A stretch of 64,000 nucleotides of DNA from Pseudogymnoascus verrucosus (taxonomy: Eukaryota), in NCBI GenBank assembly GCA_001662655.1, contig KV460253.1. The stretch is one strand, 5' to 3'. Positions 13,173 through 25,774 of this stretch are shown here, in pieces. The number at the start of each line of letters is the position of its first letter. The first letter of the stretch is position 1. A model generated the notes under the pieces. It did no database searches. It was not told the DNA's origin and saw only the letters and a program-made list of their open reading frames with translations. The position numbers and the translations under genes are program-made.

Positions 13173-14249
13173 GTTGACTTGCGCTTTGAACTCGAAGTTT
13201 CGGCGCACGATATGGGATGAATGGAAAAGGGGGATGGGTGGCTCGTTAGAAACAAATATGATGGGAGTACAGGGCGTCTTGTACTCGCTGATGAAAGGCA
13301 GGTACCGGCCGGTTTTCTAAAGAATCTACTCACTTTGAATGAAAATGAAAATGAAAATGGAATTATACCTTTTTGCCTCCTATCATCCATCGATATGCGA
13401 GATTTAGAATTGACCTACCATATACTAGTGCTTTTCAGTGATAGTCACCTTTTGAGCTGAAGTCTTTGGCGCCTCATCTTCCGACTTCTTTTTGATAATG
13501 GGGCACAGTTCCTGACATGAGGGATTTTTAGCATGTGCGGCATTTCAGGTCTTCTATTGTTTTCTGGTTTTTGGCATTGTTATCTCAGCGGTGGCATGAT
13601 GGGTGCGGAGATAGCTGACGTAGAGGGCACAACCAGCGATAAAAGCCTCATAGAAGAATGAAGCGACTAAGAATTTGCACAGCCCCTGGGAATCTTAGCT
13701 AGCGAAGTTTAGAGGGGTAGCTGGACATCAAGTCTTACTCATGACATCCTTTCGATAAGAAAATAGGTAACGGTGTGATAATTTTTTAACAAATCGCTGA
13801 ATGTCCTCTTTGTCTGTTGTTCTCCGAAAGTGGCAAATCGAATGTCCGGTGACTCTTTCTGTGTTACGTGTAGGCGAAGTCGGAGATATTCCATATAGTT
13901 CCGTCACAAAATCGCCTAGAACACTGCGAGGCTCTCGAATCGCTCATGAATGGCTAGTGGGCTTTAATTGTGCTTACGACCAAGCAATAACCCCAATAGT
14001 GCTCGCAAGAATCACATCAGCACAACGTACGATAATTACTCCTGCCATCTGAAGGTCTGCGGAGGCGCCGTGCCTAGAGTATTAATTATGCGAGCTTTAG
14101 AATAGCAAAAGAGGACAATGAAGTTTATTAATTCCCATAAGCTGTAAGTTTTATATTATAGGAGGTAGCTACTAACAATTTTAACATGATCGATCCTCGT
14201 ATCACTGTGCTCAATAGAGATCAATCCATTCTCAGGGGCCAGTGCAATG

Positions 14250-17200
14250 TCAAAGGGTATGCTCGGTCCGAGGCCAACCTCCGATACTGCCAGCGACAAG
14301 CCCTGCCATAACTGCTACAGGTTTTAAGCTAGATTTTCTGTGCGATTTGTTTCGCCGATTATACGCATGAAAACGTCCGCCATGAATCCACGACAGAATT
14401 TCCAACTCTTCGCGAATTTCCAGGAGCACAGAATTCCAATCCTTCAGTTGGCTTTCATCAGATACTACTAGTGCAGAAGTGGTTACCTGCGGTTGCCATC
14501 TATATGGAATGATCTTCTGAAAAACGTCATCTGGAATGAAGCGAGTAATAACTGCCACTGGTATCGAGAGGAAACCGAGGACAATTGAGTATCCCCACTG
14601 AGCCCCGTTGAGACGAACCACTTGTAATGCTCTACCACCAATAAGGATGATGATGACTTGCCCAACAATCATGCTGAGGTTTATGCCTATAAATAGCCAA
14701 TTCCGTGTGATACCCTCGAATATGTTGAGTTTATTATCAATCCGACGATTGCTGTTATGCATCAGTTTAAGTTAGACAGTGGAGAGGCAGTTAGCTTACT
14801 TATACTGGTTGAAAATCTGCATCCATACAAAAGTGTTAAAAACCATAGTCCTTAGCTGCGCTCTTTCACCCTCCGAGTGGTATGAAAAGATGGCATCACC
14901 ACCAAAATGTATTATCAGTAATACAACGAGCTTGTAGATAGACTGGGCAAGAATCATCTTCCACATTGTCACTGTGATCAACGGCGACGATTTTGGATCC
15001 GGTTTCCGATCTAGAATGCTCTCCGCTGGAGGGTCAGTGGCTAATGCAAGAGCACCCATGGTGTCCATGATCAAGTTTACCCATAGCAGCTGAACAGCTG
15101 TTAAGACAGAAGTTTCAGTGTCGCTGGCAACAGCAGAAACAAATGTTAGCACTACTGCGGCAATATTGACGGTGATTTGGAACTAATGAGATTTAGTCAG
15201 AGAGTAACAATTGCAACGGACACAGAATACAGCTCACTTGTAGAAATTTCCGAACGGCATCATTAACAGCTCGGCCCCACATGACTGCCTTGACGATAGA
15301 GGAGAAGTTATCATCCATAAGGACGATATCAGAGGCTTCTTTAGCAACTTCCGTGCCGGTGAGGCCCATGGAAAATCCGACATCAGCCGTCGTTAGGGCT
15401 GGTGCGTCATTTGTGCCATCCCCAGTAACTGCGACAACCTCACCTAGCTCTTGAAGGGCCTTGACTAAGATCTTCTTGTCTTCGGGACTGGATCGTGCGA
15501 GTACTTGCAGACGAGGAATGATGCGGTTCATCTCAACGACGCCCAACTTCCTAAAATCTTGACCGTCCATCACCAAATCATCGTCTGTGAGAATACCACA
15601 TTCCCTGGCAATCGCTTTAGCGGTCAGTAGATTATCACCTGTGACCATCCGGACTGTGATGCCAGCTGCCTGACATCTTGCAACAGAAGCTTTGACACCC
15701 TCCCGCAAGGGATCTCGAATTCCTACAATGGCAAGTAGCGTCATGTCCTTGAACAAATCGTCAAAGCCCGTTTTGAGGAATTCGTTCATGGTTCCAGCCG
15801 CGTGGCATGGCAAACTCTGGAGATCGCGGTACAATAGGGCAATAGTTCGCAGGGACCTGTTGGCAAAATTCTTGATATTGCGATTCAAATGAATCATATG
15901 TTCTGACGTAATAGCTGTGCTAGAAGCGTCCGAAGCCACATTTTGAAGGATTTGGGCACACCTTCCGAGCATCACCTCTGGAGCTCCTTTGGCATAAATC
16001 CGGAAGCCATGCTCTGTCTGAACTATAGTAGCCATATACTTTCGAGCAGAATCAAATGAGACCAGGTAAACAGTACGGCTGTTTGACCGCTCTAGACTGA
16101 CGGGGCCCATGCCTAGAGAAGTATGCGCGAAGTCAAGGAGGGCTGATTCGGTTTTGGAGCCAGTAAAGGCCAGACGTCCTTTATCTTGGACCTCGAACGC
16201 CGTAGAATTGATCGCGATGGAATCTTTTAAAAGGCACTTGACAGGTTTGGAAATTGCGTGAACAGAAGCAGTCAAGCTTGGCTCAAGCTGTCTCTCCGCT
16301 AATGGTGTATTGTCCTCGCCACCGGCAGAGCTGTTCTGACCCATGCAAATTGCAACTACAGTCATAGTATTCTGAGTCAGTGTACCAGTCTTGTCAGAAC
16401 AGATGGTTGTCGCATTGCCCATCGTCTCGCACGCCTTCAGATATCGGACCAGGTTGTTATCTTTCAACATCTTCCTGGTAGCAAAAGCTAGAGCTAGAGT
16501 GACCGCAAGCGGTAAGCCTTCCGGCACGGCGACAACGATGATTGTTATGGTGACGATGAGGATTTGCATGAACTCTTGAGCTTTCTCAGAGGCATTTTGA
16601 GTACTCCCGGGCAATTGAACAAAAAACTTAATCAGCAAGGTAACAAATAATAGCAATGCCGAACCAATTCCCAGTTTTGCGATCTGGTTAGCCAGGCGAT
16701 ATAGTTTATACTGAAGAGGAGTCACTTGAGGGCCTTCGTGAAGGGATATCAGAGTCTTTCCGTAGCTCGAATGGATTCCAACGGCGGTCACTAGGAACGT
16801 ACCGACCCCTTCGCTGACCTTGCTCCCCGATATAATAAAAGGATCCATCTTGTTGAGATCCTCCCCAGCTAGTATAGACTGAAATACATCTGCAGCAGCG
16901 TGTTTTGTGATCAGGCTAGATTCGCCCGTGGCCGAAGACTCGTCGCATCTCACATTGTACCCATCGATAAATATACCATCCACTGGTATCACGTCGCCTG
17001 GTTCAAGGTGCATCACATCTCCAACAAGTACATCAAAAACCGAAATCTCCTGTATCTTTCCAGATCGAATGAGCTTCACGGTGCGGTCTTGCTTCTTCTT
17101 GTTTAGTTTACCAAATTGACGTTCTTTCTGCCAATCGTTCAGAGCACCAACTACCACCACAATCAAAATAGCCACCGTGATCGCCACCCCCTCAATCCAC

Positions 17201-17919
17201 TCAACAGCTGCCTCGCCCTCTTTGTGTGGCTGACCAAACGTTTGGTACAGTCCGACAGCTAGCGATATGACAGCTGCGATAGTCAATAAAATTAGAACCC
17301 TGTCATTGTATGCCATCCATGCAAGCTGCAGGATGTTTTTGGGTTTCTTTTCTGGTACCCTATTATCCCCAAAGGTTCTCCTCCTATCTGAAAACGACTG
17401 GTCTGGTCCTTGAGCCTTAATTAGCGGCCTGGGAGATTCGTATTCCGTGCGATGTGTCATAGGAGGATGTTTCGATGGTGGTCTGGTAATTTTTGCTTCC
17501 TCTAACGAGATTGTCCCATATAGAAAGGCTTCGTCAGGACTCAAGCCGCCTAGTCTGTCCGTCCTCAGTCCTCTCTCTAAACCATCTATCCCTCCAACAG
17601 CGTAGAAAGCTGATAAGCTCTTCGGGTCTATCAACTTCGACATTTGACCTGGTACGAAAGCAAATTTGTTGTCCGCTACTTGGAAATCCTCAACTCTGTC
17701 CGAGAGGGGTTCAAGGGCCGTTGTGTCATATATGATTCGGCTGTGAACGGGTGCGCGCTCTAAGGGAGATGGGTGTTGCCCACTTGTGGTCGCCCTGTCC
17801 TCAACTTCGCTCATCATTGTTTTTACTGAAGTAGGCTCGTCCGCAAAATGGGCCAAAGTGGAAGGTAAGATGTTGTCACAGACGCTCCCATCTCCATGAT
17901 CTGAAGATTCGTGAGCCAT
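14250..17919 (-). CDS. PMC1: PMCA/PMC1-type Ca2+-transporting P-type ATPase (type IIB), 3 exons
   Basis: [68 protein letters not shown]-terminal AVMAGLVAGSIGGW. Confidence 0.92.
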
Positions 17920-19562
17920 ATTGACTTGCAGGTGGGGGTTTATGAGCCACAGGCTAGGTTGAGGGTAGCGCTGCTATTCATTGACAGCAGTTCGATGCCG
18001 ACGTTCTGGCTGTAAATGACAAGATATTAACTTTGGGTGTAAAATCTTAATAATTAGTGTATTGTCGTAAATGCATCATAGTTGAGGTAATAACATACTG
18101 AATTCAAAGTTGACTAAAGTATAAGTTATATATTTGAGAAGTAGTGTTCTCCAAGCTCTAAGCGTCTGCTTTGAAAGAAATCACTACTGCCGAACGAGGT
18201 GTCCGTTAGAGGCGGACTTCATAATTATCTGGAGCCTAGCCATCTCTGGTCACCAACGCCAAAGAGGGTGGTGAGTTTGATGGCGCTCATACAAGCCAAC
18301 CAACCTGAAGCCAGAGAGGGAAACCACCTCTGGAATTTAGTGGGCGCCCTTTCTAGTACTGGCCCCATCACGTCCGGTCCAGAGTGCAGCCGTAGATAAG
18401 CAATATGGCAGTGCAAATAGGACTACATCGATCGTCCTTACATTGGTTGTCCACTCTTCAGGCAAACGCCATGACAACCACACTCCAGCCTGTACTCTAT
18501 CTTTACCAATTATTGCAGGTTGGCTCATCTCAAATTCCCTTGAGCTTCTTCTGACATTTTGTCCGCAATGCTGCGGTCAGCCAAGAGGACAAAGATATGG
18601 TAGAGTGTGGCTTAGACGATGGACTAGAGCAAGTGGCAAAGGCTAAGAGTGACGGGACGGGACCGCAAGCTTGAGGAAATCATGTCGTCATCTGACATTA
18701 AACGGGAAACATCACACATCCAACAAAGTCCAGAGCCATTATGCCAAATTAGGTATATCTATGCACAAGATACTAGTACTACTACTGTCTTCAGGGTCCT
18801 CGTTACGATGCGAATCATTACGGTTTCTGGCGCGTCTCCAACGCGTGCACAGGCCCATCCAAGGGGTTACGAAGGTTACGACCCAACCCTCGAGAGTGAG
18901 CCAGAAAATCAGGTCTACGACGTAAGTTAAGTGACCCTTATGACAATAGACTCAAAGGAATTCCTTGATTATGTTGTTTTTGTCAGATATTTCGCAATCC
19001 TCTGGGTTGAGTCGCGCGTCTGGCAAATTCAGAAAGCGAATATCTCGAGCCCCATGGGGCTTGATACAAGAAGTGCGACGTTCCGAAGGTGCCTAACGCA
19101 CGACAATTGATGATAGACATCACTCAAGCGCCTCTCAACTGGAAGAATTAGACATCTAGTGTGCCTCCTTACGGCGATGCACTCTAAGCTGTTCTAACAG
19201 AGTTACGGGCACACTAATATAACATCAGCCCACCACGCCCCTCTGTATCAAAGTTAATAAATAAATATATTGTATAAAAAGTCCACGATTTAACACCATC
19301 TAAGTAGAATGTAATGATTGTAACCCGACTGGTGGAAGTTCCAATTGCTAAATTACTCCCTTAGGTAGCCATACAACCTGGCCGATAATCCACTGGAAGA
19401 TCCAAGGTTCTTGAACTATTCCGAGTCACCCAATACGATGCTGAAGAGCAAGTGTAAAATGGTAATGTATGTGTGTGAGGGGAGTGTGTGAGGTTGAGTT
19501 GGGTGAAGTGGAGTTCGTGGTCGTTCGTATATATCGTGAGTTAAAGTGTCTAGTGTGAAGAC

Positions 19563-20009
19563 TTATGATGTGGATTGCCTGCGGTGGTTGCGGAATTGAT
19601 CGAATGAGCTGGCGTAGCCGCGGAGTTCGCGACGGGCTTTGTCAGAGAGTTGGACTTGCTCGGAGGAGGTCGACGAGGAGCTCTGCATCGAGAAGAGAGA
19701 AGATTGGGACGACGACGGGGTCAAGACTGGCCTGGTGTAGATGGGCTGAGTTTGAGGTCTTGGGTGAGACGACGAGGTCGACGGCCTCTTGGTGACGTCG
19801 TAGGCTGAAGGGACGTAGAAGTTGTTGCTTGGTTTTGAAGGCCACGAGATCGAAGCCTGATGGGAGGCAGGCGAGCTGGCCTCTGAGCCTGTGTTGGCTC
19901 CCCCGTACTCAGCCAGACGACAGTCCTCTCCGCAGTAGGCATTGCCACTAGTCTGCCTATCACAGGCAAGGCAGAAGGTGGGCGACCAATCCATATCTTC
20001 TTGAGACAT
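19563..20009 (-). CDS. ECL1: Ecl1-family (extender of chronological lifespan) zinc-binding protein
   Basis: FCLACDRQ...AYCGEDCRLAE Cys4 motif, LTPSSSQSSL box, C-terminal ELRGYASSFDQ; TATA-like element near 20124. Confidence 0.82.
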   Translation of the reverse strand: MSQEDMDWSPTFCLACDRQTSGNAYCGEDCRLAEYGGANTGSEASSPASHQASISWPSKPSNNFYVPSAYDVTKRPSTSSSHPRPQTQPIYTRPVLTPSSSQSSLFSMQSSSSTSSEQVQLSDKARRELRGYASSFDQFRNHRRQSTS

Positions 20010-22211
20010 TGTACGAGGTTATGATTGGAAAGTAGCCGAGGAGGTCAGGCTGGAGGTGAGAGAAGGGAAGGTCAGGCTGAGCTTGGGATATCGAAAGCAA
20101 TACGGAGTGGAATGGCACTAGGGTATATAACAAACGATTGTTTTGCCTCAGCCTTCAGAGATCGGATTCGAGTAGTCTAAAATCCGCATTGAAGATTGCT
20201 TGGTTGCTTGGGCGAAAATCCCTCAAAAGCTATTATTGTGGCCTGGATGGAAGAATTTCTGTTAGCGGCAGTGCCGTCGCCGAAACTCTCGCCCCTGCTC
20301 ATTCCGACTTCCCCTCCAGCTTGCTTTATCAATTGGGGTCTACAGACGCTGGTTTGTGTCAGTTTTTTGATATTTACTCATAATGACGAAGATCTGGGCT
20401 TGCGCGATATTTTGGTCCCCGTGTGGATGCCGTGTGGATGCCGCGTGGATGAGCGATTTCCCCAACATGAGACTTGCAACTTCCCTGTTCAATGCTTTCC
20501 TACTTGCAAGACGTTGGTGTCCTGAAGAGCCACTTATCGATAAAGCTCGCAGATTCTTATTCACCCATACGACTTCTACCACGGCCATTTTGCTGCTTTC
20601 AACAGCTCCACACACACCGTGCTTGACAAATGCAATGCACTGAAGAGTATTTCGGCGTCAACAGTGCCTGATACAGTGCAATGGAAAGCCGAAGCCTCAG
20701 CGAGATGCGGTCGTATGAGGTAGAGGAGATATCGCTAGGAGATGAAGAGGCAATGGATGCGGACGGGTGCGTAGGTGAAAATTGCCAGCTACTGGGCCAG
20801 CATTTCACACCTAATCCACACACTGGATTGCCGGTTTACATGACGATACATCGGTGAGTGCGACCACCCTGAGAAATGGAGTAGATTGGTGACTACCATG
20901 AGGACTATAAATCCCAGCTCACAGCTTTGTTTAGTTAATGTGTTAACCCCGTCCAGGCTTTTAACACGAGCCTGACCGATACAACGTGACGATGTGCAAA
21001 GCGCCTGCTCCTTATCCCTCATATTGAAAACATTGAAACACATTTAACTCCCTTCATGAAGACACCGAGAAATCGAAGGCAAATATCCCCTAAACGATAT
21101 TTTAGAGAGCGCAGAGGTTGCCACATTCGAAGCTCAACGTGCCAAAGCTTCTGGCGCATCGGCAGGCTGCAAGCATGGTTGGTTGCGTTTTGGTTATCAG
21201 AATGGCGCTCCCCCAAGACTGCTACCGTGCCGTTTATATGATTCTTTCCCAATACCCCAACAACAACAAGCTGAGCTGATAGGCTGCTTACGTAACCCTC
21301 TGTCCCCACGTCTGCTCCAGACATCGTTGCTGAAATTACTCTATACAATTACTTTGAGTTGAGGCATACACTATCTACGAAGGTAAATGTATTCTTCATT
21401 TTTGTTTTTTATTTTTTTACTTTCGTGTCAGGCCCATGCCGTTCAGACGGGCCCGCCACTTCCTAACCGCCGACCGTTGCTAGACTGTCCTCTTTACCTA
21501 AGCTATTCTTGCCAAGAAGCCCTTTGGCCAAGTTCTTACTATCAGTTTCCTGATTTCGTCCATAACGAGAATCCCTAGAGCTAAGGGAAGAGGAATGAAC
21601 CAGAACTCGATTTGAACCCTTGCTGTCCCGAATATCCTCTAGATCCCTAGCACCTCTGTTACGAAAATTGTAATGGCTAAGCTCATACCCATGCCTACGA
21701 GCAACTAACGATTTCTTCTCTTCTGCTAGATAGGATCTGCCTAAAGGATTGAGAGCCTCTTGTTGCGGATGCTAAGGATATTACCCCATTGCAGGAAGGC
21801 GAGAGTGACGAAGTATACGCTCTGACTGGATGGTGCTCTGCGACCTCGAGTTTGATGTTGTCGTGATGAGATGGCGCCAAAATGATATTGCGACCCACCA
21901 AAAAGGATGACATAATCCTTGCATCATCCATTGCAAAGCATTATTTCAAACGATATACATAGTACTGTATCCGCTACCGTACTGTATGCATCCTCTAAAA
22001 GACTATATGAGCCAATCCTAAGAAGCGGCGGCCAAGGAGGAGAGAGCGACGTTTTGTCCATCTGGTGGTGACATAGATTGACCTCACGGTGGGGCTCAGA
22101 TTGTAGGTAAAGGACAAAGATTGCCAAAGTAGGTCGTGTGACGAGTCTTTGCATACACAGGCAGGAATGCTTCATGTACAGTACTTATGCCAGTCGCGAG
22201 ATGGGGGACAC

Positions 22212-24393
22212 TCAACTGCCACTTGCCATTGACTGTGGTTGCGACACAGGTTCTAGACGCACCGTCAACAAGTCGACCTCCACCGTCTTGCCCAAGATCG
22301 CTTCAGGGGGGTCCGTCTCAAAAACCGCCTGTATGTCTCCATGAGGAGAAAATCCAGAGAAAGTCCAGGGGAAAAGCTTGCTGCGTTTTGACGGGCCACG
22401 AGGTTGGCCGTTGGGTGCCCGCCAAAGTTGATGCCGCTCGTAGAAGCCAATGAGCAAAAGGATAGGAGAGTTATGGATGCGAATCATTGCAACATTTACA
22501 CTGTGGAACCATCGCGGAGAGAGGAGGAGCTTCAATGGAAGGAGGATCAGCAGTGCTACAACGTTAAAAGGCGGGCGATAGGCGAATATAGAATCGCTTT
22601 TCACGCCCTCAAAGGTGAGCACTGCGCGCCGGAAATGGATTTCGGCGGTCGCGTTTGCAACAATCTTGGAGAATGTATTAGTGAGCATCGAAACAAGAAT
22701 GGTCAGAAATAGCGTATTGCCTAGAAACGCGAACGCGATCATGAGCGACGGCCCGAGGACAAGGTGGAAGTCCACGGAGCGCTCGATTCCGGTCCCATCA
22801 AGCCCAAACCAGATCCAAAGCATCCATTTAGAGATGGTGGCCGGGTCGGGTCCGTCGCGGCTGCCATCATGGTTGCTGACGTCGAGGAGCCACTTCATGG
22901 AGAGGAAGAAGCCGGCAAAACACCAGATTGCTAGCAGTGTTAGGACGGAGAAATCTCTCATCATGGCTCGGAGCGAGATAAAAAGCATGTTGTCTGGCAT
23001 TAAGTTGAACGCAAGACGGGGTAGGAGGACTGGAGCCGCTATAGCTAGTATGTTGAGTGCGGTTTCTCCTAGATAGGTCTGGCCGCTCGACAATGCATAC
23101 ATCCGTGTCGTGAAATAAGTACCATAGATGACGAAGAACGTAATATCCAAGAATGACCAGAGGTTCTGCGTATGAACCTTCCATCCGTGCTCTATGATTG
23201 CAGCAAACTCCTCTAGGATCCAACCAGTAGCATAAGCACAAAAAATGACTTCATAGAAGGTAATTTTAAGCCCTTCGCGGCTGACCATAGTGAGGGCGTA
23301 AAGGGCTAAAAGAATTGCAAACTGGCAGATTTCAATCATGCCGCGAAGCCGTGGGACGATCAGCCGGTACTGATTGAGAAGAGGTGCTTTTCGAGGATTG
23401 TAGAGAGAAATTGGGTTGTGCTTGTAATGATCCGGTAAGATATCGACAAATGATAGCGGCGTATAAATAACCTGTCCTCGATAGATTGCATCTACCACCT
23501 TCTGGCAGGCGGAAGAGCTGAGGAAGGTTTTACTTTCAGAGATTATGGCCACCTCTAAGGCCGGTAGCTTCCTTTCATAGCCCCCTCTCCTCTGAACTGG
23601 CCATTGCAAGGCGCTGGGATTCTCCCGCAGGACCTCAATAGGGGCGTTTTGAAAAGGCTCAAACCCAGCTACGAGGATATTAGCTAGTAACAACAGACCC
23701 TCACGACCTGGGTGGTCATCGTCGAAACGTCGGAGAACTCGGGTTGCGACTTGAGTTCATATAGTCAGCATGTAGGAGGGAATGAAGCAAAGCTCTAGAA
23801 ATCTGCGTACCGAGCTCACAGAGAGTAGCGCGAGTGATGTTGACTGTCTGTAGGTGGCCTTGATATGACTGTTCGCGAAGAAATTGCATCCGGTTGACGA
23901 GGAGACAGTACACTTAAGCTCAAAGTTAATTCCACTCTTGGTCAATGAGGATAGAAGCAGCGTAGTGCAGAGGTGGGTGTCTCAATCCACAGGACTAGAA
24001 GCATCTGAGATCCAGAAACAGGATGTGTACCTACCAACAGACACGTCGCTGGGGTTGTAGAGTCGATCCACGAGGGCCCTCACGATGAGTATATTCATCC
24101 GTGGCTCCTTGAGCTGCTCCAGGGAATACGGATCATCTGGCCAATTTTTTTAGATTTCCGCCTCTTTCCTGTCAAAGATGCCGCAAGAACACTGACCTAT
24201 ACTAGAAATGATAAGCTTGCGTATCCTACAAGCAGTCAGCCAAAAACAATCCGTGAAGTGGTTATGATTGCCCTTCGAGGACACACCGGTGGATCGTTAT
24301 ATACACTGGCAGGTCAGCATGCGGATCTGGAGTGAAATGCTCGCCCGGAGCGCATTCCAGAAGCGCGTCACTATCGTCGAACGCAGACTCCAT
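22212..24393 (-). CDS. YVC1-like TRP-family non-selective cation channel, multi-exon (3' end may extend further)
   Basis: Spliced N-terminus MESAFDD...DPHADLPVYITIHR|IRKLIISSI|DDPYSLEQLKEPRMN; multiple TM segments with pore WIWFGLDGTGI and FLGNTLFLTILVSML, TFEGVKSD. Confidence 0.8.
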
Positions 24394-25774
24394 TCCCACG
24401 AAGGCAAGTTTGTAAACGCCGAGTTATACTCGAACACACGGCGGAGAGAGACAGGCGAGGGCCTCATGGCGCGGAGGATGGTGTAAAATGAACTTCTTGT
24501 GCTACCAAGAATTGAGCTTCTTGAACTGTTATGGAATAAGTTTGAATAAGTTTAAAGCTAGCTATTTTTGGCTGACAACTCTACAGCGAGCTGCAGTGAG
24601 AGATAGAGGGTATTCTACTGCGAGATTATTGTTGCACAAATCTCTCACTGCAGCTCGCGTGGAGATATGCTAGCGTAGATGGCGGCCCACTCTGTGGAGA
24701 GCCTAACCCAGAACGTGTGCTCGTGTGGTCCATGCTGAAACTCTGGAATCTATATGGGGGATTTTAGGTGAACAGACATCATGACTAAGCATTCCAAGAC
24801 ATCTTGACCTGCCACCCCACATAATCATGACTGTACCTGTTCCTAGTTTGTATAGTCTATTCTGACCTCAGTTCGAATATTGACGAAGTAAGTATTCCGA
24901 AGCGTACTTTCCAACGACGGTAAATCTTTATTTCGGTTGTTTGAGGAGCTGTCGCACTCTTACTCGCGATGAGTATTCTGGAGGAATCCTACCACTCTAT
25001 GGAAATTTGCGTTTTCTAGGTAATCCGCTATAGGAAAGCCGATTAGCGCGTTCTGAGGCATTTTGGCCTGCACCAAACAGAATTTAAGTAGTCTCACCCA
25101 CACCACCCCCACATTCGTTAAACATTAGACGATGCTTTTAATCCCCTGTCGCGAGCATAATACCAAAGTATGACATCCTTGTAGCGCCTCAGTAGCTTTG
25201 TAGCAATATGCACGCTGCAAATGCAGTTACGGGTGGGTGCACAGCCTCCGACATGTGGCAAGCTAACTCAAACCATGCTTTCTCCATGCAGCATGGCTTG
25301 AATGATACCGCGTAGCCTGACAGTGAGGCAATTTGGCCTCCTCGAATCTGGTCTTGACGATAAGGTGGCTAAGGAGCCGGTCCTTTGTCATAGGATTCTA
25401 TTATGTCAATTGGGATGTCTCAGATATGGAGATTAGATATCGCCCTTGTTTTTGTCCTCCTTTCCCAGTTCTACAATCTCAGAACTCGTGAGAGCACTCA
25501 CAAGTTCTGAGATTGCTCAAATAGAAGCAAAGATAATATGACCGTATATCCCTTGCTTTAGAATGACATGCAGGTACTCAAATGCTGTGCAAACCAAATC
25601 GCGATAAACCTCTGCATTCTTAATACTTAATTCCAACTGTCCACGTCCCCATTGATACCAAGATTTGCGAGAGACATAAAGCTGGCCGTTTGCAAATCAC
25701 AATTGCATAATATTGCGCATTTGTCCTCAGAACTCATCACCTTTTGTAACCGCTCTCAGAAGTAGCAGCCTGGC

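Noticed and set aside
13741..25180. Shared 11-mer ATGACATCCTT upstream of ACU (13741) and HAK1 (25170)
   Set aside because: One 11-mer match between two ~1-kb promoters is close to chance expectation
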